Assembly (NCBI GenBank): GCA_951406725.2
Contig: OX597837.1
Coordinates: 7,192,001 to 7,256,000, forward strand
Direction: 5' to 3'
Source: Octopus vulgaris
Lineage: Eukaryota
DNA length: 64,000 bases
The number at the start of each line of letters is the position of its first letter. Position 1 is the stretch's first letter. Positions 37,243 to 49,214 of the stretch are shown one piece after another. The position numbers and the translations under genes are program-made. The notes under the pieces were generated by a model. That model searched no databases. It was not told where the DNA came from and worked only from the letters and a program-made list of their open reading frames with translations.

Positions 37243-38857
37243 CAGTGGGGGAAAATAAATATTCGTACATGTCAAAATTCTTTATTTATTTAATTTCTAA
37301 TGAACATAAATGGGATATACCAATACTATATTTGCATACACATGTATAAATTAAGAATATGCAAAAGAAACTAATAAATTATAGTAACTAAGGAATTTAT
37401 ATTCAATTATAAATATTTAGGGGTGAAAAAAGTATTCATACAGAACATAGATAACTGATAATTCTGATTTAATACTTCGTAGCATAACCATTATTCAGTT
37501 CCACTTCAACCAAGATCTTCTTGTAGTTCTTAATCAATGACTCGCATGTTTCTATAGGAATTTTTTCCCATTCTTCTTGATTTTTCTTCAAATCTGCAAT
37601 GCACATTGGAGCTCTTGAATGAATTCTAATTTTCAAATAATGCCACACATTTTCAACGGGGTTCAAGTCAGGTGACTGGCTTGGCCATTCTGATAATTTT
37701 ATATTGTGATCGACAATCTATTTTTTGGTAGACTTTGCCATGTGCTTAGGGTTGTTATCCTGTTTTAAAACCCACCCTTCACAAAGCTGGAGCTTTTCTA
37801 CAGAGTCCCATAAATTATTGTTTAAAATATTTTGGTACATCTCTGCATTCATTCTACCATCTATCACATGTAAATTGCCAGTACCATTTGCAGAGAAACA
37901 CCCCCACACCATGATGTTGCCACCTCCAAACTTTATGGTAGGAATTGTGTTTTTCGGCGAATAGGCAGTACCATCTTTCCTCCAAACATGGCTACGCGAA
38001 TTTCTTCCAAGCAATTCAATTTTCGACTCGTCTGTCCATAGAACATTTTCCCAGAATGTATCAGGTTTATCTTTATGTTCATAAACAAATTTTAAACGGG
38101 CATCTCTATGCCTTTTAGTCAACAGCGGAGTTTTTCTAAGAGAGTGTGACTTCAGTTCATTCCTATGAAGTTCATTGCTGATTGTTCGTAGTGTAACACT
38201 AGTCCCTGAAGCTAACAAATCTTCTTGCAACTTCTTTCTGGTGATCATTGCGTTTTTTTTTTTCGATTCTTCGCTTCATTTTTCTTAAAGATCTAGGGAA
38301 AATCTTGCATGGTGCACTAGATCATATTCTGTTTTCAACAGTTCCCCGATTTTTTATATCTTTGAATAAATGAAGATATGGTAGAAAATGGAATACAAAG
38401 GGTCTCTGATATTTTCCTGTAACTTTTACCTCTTTTCTACTGTTCAATAATTAAGGTTTTCACTGAATTTGTGAGTTCTTTAGTATCGAAATAATGGTGA
38501 AAAGTACTTTAAGTTGTCTCAGTGCTGAATGAAGAAGCTAGCGTTTTGACACTTATAAATGACAACTGATATGATTATTGGAACAAACGAGAAAGTTTTA
38601 GTAAAAAAAAATATTTTAGCAGTATTTTATGGCATAGAAAATCATAAATTTATTCTGTACGAATACTTTTTTCACTCCTAAATATTTATAATTATATATA
38701 AACTCATTAGTTACTATAATTTATTAGTTTCTTTTGCATATTCTTAGTTTATGCATGTGTATACAAATATAGTATTGGTATATCCCATTTATGTTCATTA
38801 GAAATTAAATAAATTAAGAATTTTTGACAATGTACGAATATTTATTTCCCCCCACTG
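37243..38857 (-). mobile_element. Full-length Tc1-family DNA transposon, IR-DR type (1615 bp)
   Basis: TA flanks (37241-42, 38858-59); ~200-bp TIRs starting cagtggggg (37243-37445, ~38654-38857) with an inner repeat of the terminal motif (gaaaaaagtattc.tacag). Confidence 0.96.
37469..38490 (-). pseudogene. Tc1 DD34E transposase pseudogene
   Basis: N-terminal TKELT...GKSYRKIS..L.IPFST; WTDESK; VWGCFS; QDNNPKH then 34 residues to E in SPDLNPVENVW; ends GYATKY; at least three in-frame stops (one at 37718-20). Confidence 0.95.
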
Positions 38858-39162
38858 TATGTACATATACACACATACATATATATACACATACATACAT
38901 ATATATACACATACATATATATATACATATATACATATATATATACATACATATATATATACATATATACATATACATACATACATATATATATATATAT
39001 ACACACACACACTAACATACATAAACGGGTAACCCTGCGATGGACCGGTCTTCCGTTTAGGGAGAATGTTGGTCTGCCCACCTTAGCCAACATTGTTGCA
39101 TCATTCGAAAGCTAAAACAATACGTGGCTCCGCATTTGCGACCAGCCGGATCCGGTCGATTA

Positions 39163-39389
39163 CATAGTGTTCAAAAAGTCTCTCCGCAGTGAACTTTTTT
39201 TTTTTTATCATCCAAAATGTATTTCAGAACCTGTGTAAGAAGAGTCAACTTATGCATTGAAAATGAAGAAGGACAATTTAAACACCTCTTACAAAAATTT
39301 TTTTAAGTCTTGTAAGGTCTAATATATTCATTTGTAGTCTTATACCATCTTATAAATATTTACTGCGGAGAGACTTTTTGAACACCCTG
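39163..39389 (+). mobile_element. 227-bp mariner-derived MITE
   Basis: TA flanks; TIR gtgttcaaaaagtctctccgcagt; interior keeps transposase C-terminus (QNVFQNL...RVNLCIENEEGQFKHLL). Confidence 0.87.
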
Positions 39390-39466
39390 TACATATGCAA
39401 TATATATATATATATATACACACTTATTTAGTGTGTATATATATATATATACACTTATTTATTGTG

Positions 39467-39504
<38 letters not shown>

Positions 39505-39635
39505 TATTTAGTGTACTCATGTTATTTTGGCCGAAATAGTCTCTTGCTGGTCTTGGTTTCCCCTGTGGGTACACAGGATCTTCTCGCAGGTTACGATTCA
39601 ATGTAGAGAGACCAACCCTACTAAACTTACATATA

Positions 39636-39992
39636 TACTCTTTCTCTCTTTACTCTTTTACTTGTTTCAGTCATTTGACTGCGGCCATGATGGAGCACTG
39701 CCTTTAGTCGAGCAAATCTTTGTAAGCCCAGTACTTAGCATTTCGGCAAAGGAGGCCGATAGAATAAGTTACAGGGATGTAAACACACTAGCATCGGTTA
39801 TCAAGCATACACAAACATACACACACACATATATACGATGGGCTTATTACAGTCTCACTCTACCAAATCCACTCACAAGGCATTGGTCGGCCCGAGGCTA
39901 TAGTAGAAGACACTTGCCCAAGGTGCCACGCAGTGGGAGTGAACCCGGGACCATGTGGTTGGTAAGCAAACTACTTACCACAGCCACTCCTA
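39636..39992 (-). mobile_element. SINE family B with small internal rearrangement
   Basis: Matches other copies; ttcggcaaaggaggccgatagaataagt segment is inverted relative to the rest. Confidence 0.82.
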
Positions 39993-40374
39993 CACCTATA
40001 TATAAGGTAAAGACCCCTTTCGGTCATGAATGACCATGGAATTGGACCTAGAAAGTCCCCTCCAAGGCACAAGACCGGGCAGCGAAATGTTTTTCCCACG
40101 AGAGTTCCGGACCCCAGTTATGAACTCATTGCATAGTCAATCAGAGCTCAACTATCAAACTAATTTATGAATGCATAACCAGTCATGGGTGACAAGATAA
40201 GGTCACTTTAAAGGAATGACACTGCTTCTTTTCTCTTTTAATAATGCTTGTTCTTATTTCAACCATGGCTGCCTCTGCTTAGTTGTGTTGTTGCTGTTTA
40301 CTTTGTAAAACAGTAGGGGGAAGGGTCGCTAGTACATCACCCTCTACTATTTTCCCCATCTACATCTTTACCAT

Positions 40375-40522
40375 ACAAAACCCGCGGGAAAGGCCAGCAC
40401 AGCTTGGCACTAGTGACATCGCTGAGTGAAACGAAGCAACATAAAATTGTGTCTTGATCAAGAACACAGCCCGGTCCTGGAATCGAACTCATTAGCCAAT
40501 GATTGTGAGTCCGACGCTCTAA
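40375..40522 (-). mobile_element. Diverged family C-like SINE
   Basis: cccggtcctggaatcgaactc...ctctaaccactgagctatgcacct. Confidence 0.55.
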
Positions 40523-40869
40523 CCACTGAGCTATGCACCTTCTCCCCATATATAGACAAAATACGACCTTACATGGTCCATACTTAGACACACGAGTCCC
40601 TATTACGCTATACGGTATATCTCGCAAATGCCAATTACGTTCCGAGGAATCACTCTCGTTAATGTTAACAAAGGAACGCATTATAAGTAAATTCACCGAA
40701 CAATTACCCAGATGCCTATACACAACTAAACACACATTCGCATATTACAATCCAGACCATACATAACTAGATATATACATGGCGCCCATAACTCTTTATA
40801 GACATGAACTTGAGGAACCATATTTGAATAACTTATTATTTGGCATATAATCTTGCAATCTGGATCCAT

Positions 40870-41180
40870 ATATATACATACATATATGTGTGTATATATA
40901 TGCATAGACATAATATATACATCTGTATATACATATACATAATATATACATCTATATATATATATGTATATACATAATATATATCTGTATATATATATAT
41001 ATACATAATATATACATCTGTATATACATATACATAATATACACATCTGTATATACATATACATAATATACACATCTGTATATGCATATATATATATATA
41101 TATCTGTATATACTGTAACATAATATATACATCTGTATATGCATGTATATATGTATATATATATATCTGCATATACATGT
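40870..41180. repeat. ~30-bp minisatellite derived from TA repeats
   Basis: Repeated catctgtatatacatatacataatata units. Confidence 0.85.
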
Positions 41181-41459
41181 CTGTGTGTATGCGTGTATAT
41201 ATTTACGGATGTGCATACGCGAGTGTATTAACACCTCTGTGTATGAGTCAAACTTTGTACAGACGTCTGTATCTTGATATGAATGCACATATCTATATAT
41301 GCTATGTACGTATATATATATATATATATACACATACATACACACACGTGTACCTGCAGGAATTCCTATACATACATATGTATGTATTCGTCCATACGTG
41401 TGCGTATGTATATGCCCATGTACTTGGATGGGTGTGCGTGAGCACGTATGTATATGTGC

Positions 41460-41499
<40 letters not shown>

Positions 41500-41777
41500 C
41501 TATCTATGTATATGTTCGTCTAAGCACGAATACAAAAAACAGTCTCGTCTAAGTATTCTCTTCCTTTCAGCTTCTTTATCCTTTTCTTTCTCTTAACAGT
41601 TACAACAGCGAAGATTCATAACGTCATTTTCTCTAAACTAGAATGTATAAGTTTCACGTTCATTTTTGAATTTTTTGCATTTCAATAACTTTTCTCTGTT
41701 TTTTTACTCATTCTTGAATTTGATGGACATATAGCGGTACGTAAGCTAACTCAGGAAATCTCTAGTGAAACTTTTTT

Positions 41778-41832
41778 TATTGGTGTACCCGAAGAGACCC
41801 AGAACGGGTCGAAACACGTGTCGTGCCCAATA
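41778..41832 (+). ncRNA. Compact type I hammerhead motif (core variant CCGAAGA)
   Basis: tattggtgtac-CCGAAGA-gaccc agaac gggtc-GAAA-cacgtg-TC-gtgcccaata. Confidence 0.7.
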
Positions 41833-42192
41833 AAATCTTTTACTCATTCCATCTATTTTATTAATACTGTTATCCCAATCACCACTACGAAGGACTCATT
41901 ATCTATTTATATATTTTCTGTTATTTCTCCATTATATATATAAATTATTCTGGTATGGTAGGATCAGCAATAAAAGTACTCCATCCTGTGAGAAGTAAAT
42001 ATCATTTAATGTACACTATAAATGAGCTAATAGTTTCTTGCTGTGGAAGCACGTGGTCAGACATGTTTTATAACGTACCATGCGTGTGTGAATATATGTA
42101 AATTTTGTTTCCCTTGGAAGTTTTGAATTTTTTTTTTCTTTTTGTTACTGATCCAGCTATTTCAATTTTGCTCCTCTTCAAGGAACTAATAT

Positions 42193-42508
42193 TTTACTAG
42201 CTTCAGTCATTGGACTGCAGCCATTTTTGGAACACCCCCTTGGTGGAATTAGTCAAAAACATCAACCCTGGTACTTATTCTATCAGACTCTCTTGTTGAA
42301 TTGCTAAGTTACATTGCTAAGACACATAAAGAAAGCAATCCCAGTTATCAAGCAGTGGAGGACAACAAACACGATGGGATTCTCACAGTTTCCATCTGGT
42401 AGTTCGCTAATTCAGAGCCAACTCTAGAATAAAATACAAGGTGCTGCGCTTTGAGACTGAACCCAATGCTCGTTGGTTACGAAGCAAGCATTTTAACCAC
42501 TCAGCCAT
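42193..42508 (-). mobile_element. Highly diverged SINE family B
   Basis: ttcagtcattggactgcagcca, gtacttattctatc, gactgaaccc...ttaaccactcagcc. Confidence 0.6.
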
Positions 42509-43682
42509 ACTAAATTCTTCAACCTATAGTTTTTCTCTTTGTTTTTTAATTGATTTAGGGGGTTCCTCTTATTTAGTTCTGGGTCAATTTCGATCAAATG
42601 GAAATCCAACCACGACCATCTTGCTCATAGTTTTCTTTTCAAACATGTTTTTAAAAATGTAAAGTGATATTTAAAGGAAACTTGGGTACCATTTCTAGCA
42701 AAGGCAATAACCACGCAACGTTGCTGTTGTTTCACGCCAGATCAACTCCGATTAAGCAAACTGTTTAAAGACATTCTAACCATGACCGTCCCTCCTTCTC
42801 TCTTTTCTCTTTTGTTTAGGCAGTGAACCTTAGACTACATTGTCCAATATGTCCTTTGTTTAATGGTGTGACTTGAGATATTTAGCTGCTGTTTTTAGCA
42901 AATTAATCGACCACGTAGGAGTATGGTTATCATTGCAGGTGTAATGTATACAAGCTTGCTGGTTATAACGCATGCAAAGTGAGACATTTCCAAATACCGT
43001 TACCAAGTAAAAGACATACACATTACAGGACAGACGTGTGTATGTGAGAGAGAAAGAAAGGGCGAGAGAGAGAGAGAGAGAGTAGAGAAAGAGAGATGGT
43101 CAGAGATAGAGAGAAATGGTAAAAAACTAGATGCTTTGTGCATAGCAACCACAAATATTATTTCAAAAACAAAAAACAAACAAACAGCATGCACGAGCTT
43201 AGTGAATCCCGAATTGGAAAAGAAAAAAAAATTTTTATTATTAGTTAAGAGTGTGTGAAAGATACATTGCTAAACTACAGACTAATTAAGATCAATATGC
43301 ATATACATACATATATAGATATATATATATATATAGAAACATATAAATATATATGTACGTATGTTCTACATTAAGACAAAAAAATAATACTGGCAGGCAC
43401 ACACAAGAGCCAGAGAGAGACAAACACCAAAACAAACAAGAAATTAGGAAGGAATTGTCAATTCCTAGAAATGGTTAATAAACATGCAAATAGAATTTTG
43501 ACTTGTTTTGCTTCTTTTTGCTTTTTTTTTTTTGTCACATATATCTACATAAGGTTATACATACAGTTATATATACACATGCAAGAAACTCTGAGTGCAA
43601 ATCACACCTGTACATATATATAAGTGCAAATTACATATATACGCACACATATATGTATATATATATATATATACACGCACAC

Positions 43683-43714
<32 letters not shown>

Positions 43715-45230
43715 GCACACATATGTGTGTATATATATGTATATATATATATATATGCACACATATGTGTGTATATACATATATATAAGCACACATATGT
43801 GTGTGTATATATATATATAATATAATCGCACATATATGTATATACATATAAGCACACATATATGTATGTATATATATGCGCACACATATATATTGGGAAA
43901 AATTGATAAAAATTAACAAAAAGCATGACAACGAATACTTTTTTTGTTTTGTTTTTAGTCGCATAATAGTAGTAGTAGTGGTAGTAGCAGCTGTAGTAAA
44001 ATTGGTAACATAAGTGTTGGTAGTAGTAGTAGTAGTAGTAGTAGTAATTATAGTAATAATACTAATTAATAATAGTAACAACGACGATGATGACATAAAA
44101 TGCAATTACAAAAGGAAAAAATAACACCAGAAAAATTGACAAACAGTAGTGCAAAAGCCAAAGAAAAAATGTGGAGTGCATGCTTTAGTTGATCCGTAGC
44201 AATATTCGTTTTTCAGGCAGAACCGTAAACACGTAGATACCATTATGGGTTTATATATGCAATTGTGTGTAGGAGATATATATGCACACATATATATATA
44301 TATGATGAGCTCGCATATGTGTTTGTGTGTCTATGATTGTATACAAGAGAGGAAAAAAATTATATATAGAAATTAATTGCCGTTAATAAGGAATCGTTAA
44401 TTACTAAGGATTTTTGTTGATTTTTTTTTTATTTCCAGCATTTTTCTTTTGAGTGTTTGTCATTTGGTTTTGTCTAAGATTTATACAGTTTTTATGTGAA
44501 TGTGTGTATGTATGTATGTATATATATATATTTTGTTGTTTCTCCCAAGGAAGCTTCTTTGGAGTAACATCATGGTGGTATTTGTGTATGATAGTGTCTG
44601 TGTGTGTATATATATATATATATATACAGACAGACAGACACCCACACAAAAGTGTACATACATATGTATATAACATTTGAAAAAACAATGAATGGAAGTA
44701 TACAGTTTATATACATATATTTGTATGTATGCATGTATGTATGTATATATATATAATACATACATACAAGGCCTTTTCTGATGGTTTGGTGTAAGATGTA
44801 TTCATAATTAAAAAGAGGTATGATTTAATATTTGCTCATTTAATTTTGATTCTTGTTTCATTTCACGTCATCATTCTTCAAAATAAATAAATAAATAATC
44901 AAACAAAAAAAAAAAAAACAATTGTACTAACTACATACAAAGATTTAAAAATAATAATAATAATAATAATAAAAAACATCAATTTCCAAATAATAATAAT
45001 AATAATAACCATACAAGTGACATACAGCCAAGTCATGCACGTTGAGGAAATAATGGCTAGCTATTTTAGTTGTGAGTGTTAGCATGTTTATGAGAATACC
45101 TGAAGGGCTGGTTATTAGATTATTAAATACAGTGGATCAATTATTTGTAATTTAAAAATAAACAAAATTTCAAAACAAAGTTGTGACTTATACATGCTTG
45201 TAGTCAGAGGCGAGTGATGAGTGTGGATGT

Positions 45231-45258
<28 letters not shown>

Positions 45259-45265
<7 letters not shown>

Positions 45266-45570
45266 TAGTTATCACTAAGCTAATATGGCAGTCCAGAAAT
45301 ATAGGACGAATGCTGCTGTTGATTAGCTCCAAGAGGCCATCGCCTCTAGCTAGCTAAGTGACATATGAACCTGTGTCCATTATATTCTTCGAACAGGGGA
45401 GACACGGGTTCTTGTAACACATAGCTAGCTAGAGGTGATGGCCTCTTGGAGCTAATTAACAGCAGCATTCGTCCTATATTTCTGGACTACCATATTAGCT
45501 TGGTGATAACTATTAATATCCAGTACCACCGACCATAGTCTCCTTTAGAGAGACTTGGAAGTTTTAATAT
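45259..45570. mobile_element. Fold-back insert in (TA)n: ~119-bp arms, ~23-nt loop, ~50-bp tail
   Basis: 45259-45377 is the near-exact reverse complement of 45401-45519. Confidence 0.87.
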
Positions 45571-45592
45571 TTATATATGTATATATATAAAA

Positions 45593-45775
45593 TGAGGTTG
45601 TGTTTTCCAAAATGGAGTCAAACACCTTTCTCCATGTGATCGGCTGGAAAAATTGTTAAGAAACTAGGATACTTTCCACTTTTCTTAACATAAAACCAAT
45701 GGTAGCCTTAATTCACAAATAAAGAAGTTATATCCATCAATGCAGTGTTGAACACTCATTTTTATCATTTGACTA
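45593..45775 (+). mobile_element. Unfolded copy of the 60927-61195 family
   Basis: Colinear with 61063-61191 and with the reverse complement of 60942-61063; between TA runs. Confidence 0.75.
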
Positions 45776-45913
45776 TATAGATAGATAGTGTGTATAGTTA
45801 TGTGGATTTGGTGACTAGAATTTTAATGGATTTCAAATGCTATAGTTTTATACAACTAGTATTAAAAAGAAAATTGAATGTGATTTATAAATGCTCGTAT
45901 TTGAGGTATATAG

Positions 45914-45953
<40 letters not shown>

Positions 45954-46535
45954 CATGTGACTTTTCTGACTAGAATTTCAAGTTTTTAAAATCGAATATT
46001 TTTATACAATCAGCATACAAGACAACTCTAAAATGTGATTTTGCTGCAGAAGTTATATAGAAGGTTATGTTATTTTGTGTGTGAATGTTTATACCCCGTA
46101 ATTTTGCTTGGGAAAGTAGAATGCCGCAAACTGTGAATGAGGTCATCGTTCTCAGTCAATGAATTCACTCATTTAACTCTATGGTGACGTAGAAGTATGG
46201 GATAAAAGAAAAAAAAAATATTTGCTAATGGTTAGTGACAGGAAGAACATCCAGCTGTAAAAATAATGCTTCGGTAATATGTATCCCTACAAAACATGCT
46301 ATCATGGAAAAATAGACCTAAAACAAAATGAATGAACAGATATATGTGAAAAGAAAAGGGACACATACTTGAGGTTCCAAGCAGTGGTAAAGTCTAATAC
46401 CTCTGTGTGACACTTAGCTGGGTCTTCTACTGTAGCCCAATCAAACTACGGCTTGAGTGGATTTAAAAACCAAAAGACTATTCTTTCTCCTTATACACAC
46501 ACTGTGTATATACATACATACATATATATATATAT

Positions 46536-46790
46536 GGTATATTTAAACATTACTTTATATAATTAGGGTTCAGCAAAAAAAATTCACTTTACCACATACC
46601 GAACTTTTAGAAATAGTAGCCAAAGAACTTAGCATTTTCTCTCGGTATGTGGTAAAGTAAATATTTTTTGCTGAACCCTAATTATATAAAGTAATGTTTA
46701 AATATACCGTAAATGGTCCTTTTACATACTGAACACTGCTTGGTAAAATTATCAATTACTAATTAATTAATTTTACACTTATTATTATTG
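46536..46790. mobile_element. Fold-back insert in (TA)n: ~67-bp arms, ~39-bp spacer, ~80-bp tail
   Basis: 46536-46602 vs 46642-46708; shares accacataccgaa, agaaatag.agccaaa and tail motifs with 24626-24944. Confidence 0.85.
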
Positions 46791-47819
46791 TACATATATA
46801 TATGTATATATATACACATACATATATAATGTCCAATGCCATAATGGCACCAGATTAATAACCATTCCATAAAATTACTCTGGAAGATGGGAATAATAAG
46901 CGGTAGCCAGAATAAATAGCATAGGAGCTTTTTATGAATGCCCTCAAAAGCGTTTCACATAAACGAACTAATATATATATTGTGTGTGTTGAAATCACAG
47001 AAGTTATTTGCATAAACTTGGAGGGACAATACAGGTTAAACTTTCGCCTTTCTAATATTAAAATATGTTCATGCCATTAAGTGAATATTACTGCAAACAA
47101 GAATGACATAGAATTTTTATAAACCTTATATTTATGAAATCTCATAACAAAATCAGTGCTGGATATAATTTCTATGGGAAATCTGTACAGATAACCTTCG
47201 TAAGAGATGTAACAGCACTGCTAACACAGTAGAACTCAGTATTGACTTATAAAAGTGTTTAATATACTATGTAATATACTAGGGTTGTATAATGAGGTAT
47301 GGTGTCCCTACAGGTCATTTATTCTTATATTTAACATTTAATTTAGCAACCTGTATCTTTTTTCTAACATTGTTTAGTTGTTGCTGTTTTCCCCCCTTTT
47401 CTCGTCCCAATAATCTTTGCAAACCTGTAATTTTAGGTATTATTTAAACTAGAGTGAGATAGGGGAACCTATTGGTTACAGGTGAAATGTTTTCCCTGGT
47501 TCAAATCTGAACCCACAGAGTCTATAAAAAAAAAATAATTAAAATTCATATATGGAAAAAGCCAGACAAATCCTTAAGACCTATTCAGTAACCTTAATCT
47601 ATAAAAATGGATGTGTGTGTATCTATCAAGTTGTGGGCCAAATTTTGCATAGGAGCAAATCTTTTCAAGACAACAACCAGAGATTATGAAAGTTCTAAAG
47701 ACACTTTCCTCTACCTAACACCGAAAACAAATAAAAATATTTACTGAAATGCAACTGAAAATTGCCAACGTCTTTCAAAACCATTTTGAAACTGTTATTA
47801 GCTACATGATACAAACTTC

Positions 47820-48220
47820 ATGGTTTAAAGTGATCTAAACTAAAATCTCATGTCAAAATTTCAGGTTAATTTGTTTCAAATAGAAATTTAATAATGATGA
47901 AGTTATTTCGCTAAACTCATAATTATCAAAATTGAATCTAAGACAGTGTAGCTCAACATACATAACCAAGGGGCTAAAATGATCTAAATTAAAACTTCCC
48001 ATTAAAATTTTATACTAATTTATATTCCAAACACAAGCTTAATAATGAGTTGGATTTTTTTACTAAATTTTTCCATATTTTTAAAATTAATTGGAACAAG
48101 GCAGAAATATGGTAACTAAAGGGTTAATAAAGACAGTTATTTTACTGAATTCTCCCTCATTTTCAAAATTAAATGAAGTAAAAGCAGAGCATCTTTAGAA
48201 GATATATTAAGGGGCTAAAA
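47820..48220 (+). repeat. Three degenerate tandem units ending aagggttaa/aaggggctaa (possible piggyBac-like MITE ends)
   Basis: Repeated tgatctaaa.taaaa and (t)tatttt.ctaaa segments. Confidence 0.45.
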
Positions 48221-48496
48221 CAGTGATTCACTTCAACCAGGGTCCATATAAGACTTTTGGGGGATCCACAATGGTATATTAAGGGCTCCTGAAAAAGTTT
48301 TGCTATACATGTATTGCAAGTAACATTTAGGTTTTTTCCCTCTAACATTGTACAAGATAATGTATGGAAAACACAGAAATTTTGAAAGAAATCCCTATAA
48401 AACTAGTTTTTAAACACTGAAGGGCTATGGGGGTCCACAAGAATAAAATTATAATCAAAGGGGTCTACAGGTAAAAAAAATGGTTGATAACTCCTA
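48221..48496. mobile_element. Decayed hAT-like MITE
   Basis: Termini cagtgattcacttcaacc / ggttgataactcct; internal gggtcca repeats; TSD not resolved. Confidence 0.42.
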
Positions 48497-48940
48497 AATA
48501 TAGTGAATTCATGTGATGGTACTTATTTCAGTTTTAAATGAAGTCAGATAACGATCAAATTACTGCTGCTAAGTTAATCTAATAAATTAATCTAATATGT
48601 ACACATGATTCTATAAAATTCAACAATTTTTTTTAGCCTTCAATTATATATATATTTTTTTATACATTTGTAGCTCATTTATACTACTAAATATGTCTCC
48701 CCACCTCCTGATCTAGACAAAAAATTTGTAAAACATACAGGATTTTCTAGGGAAAGATATACTGGCATTCTTACTACTTAAATGCTACCTTCCTTTCTGA
48801 ACAAGCAAAATGATTAACCAGGCTTCCAGAAGATTTTATATCACTTTTTCACTACCGATAAGACAATGAGAGCATAAGAAAGAAAGAGGTTACTTTTTTA
48901 TTTATATATATATATATATATATATAAATATATATATATA

Positions 48941-49214
48941 TTTAATAGACACAACACATATTCTTATGTGTTACTAATAGTTTTCTATGCTGGTAACATG
49001 CCAAATAAGGAATTATAATATGTGTAACACCCCAACACAGTCATCAGGTACAAACCACATACTCTTGGAAATGACATTTGCATTTCAGAATATTATTTAT
49101 TAGCTATGTCTGATGACTGTGTTGCGATGTTACACATCATAATTCATTATTTGACATGTTCTCAGGATAGGAAACTACTAGTAGCACATAAAAACATGTA
49201 TTGTGTCAATTAAA
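48941..49214. mobile_element. Fold-back insert with a hammerhead motif in each arm
   Basis: 48941-49047 is the imperfect reverse complement of 49110-49214; + arm CTGATGA(49110-16)...GAAA(49171-74)-ctactag-TA; TA-rich flanks. Confidence 0.75.
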
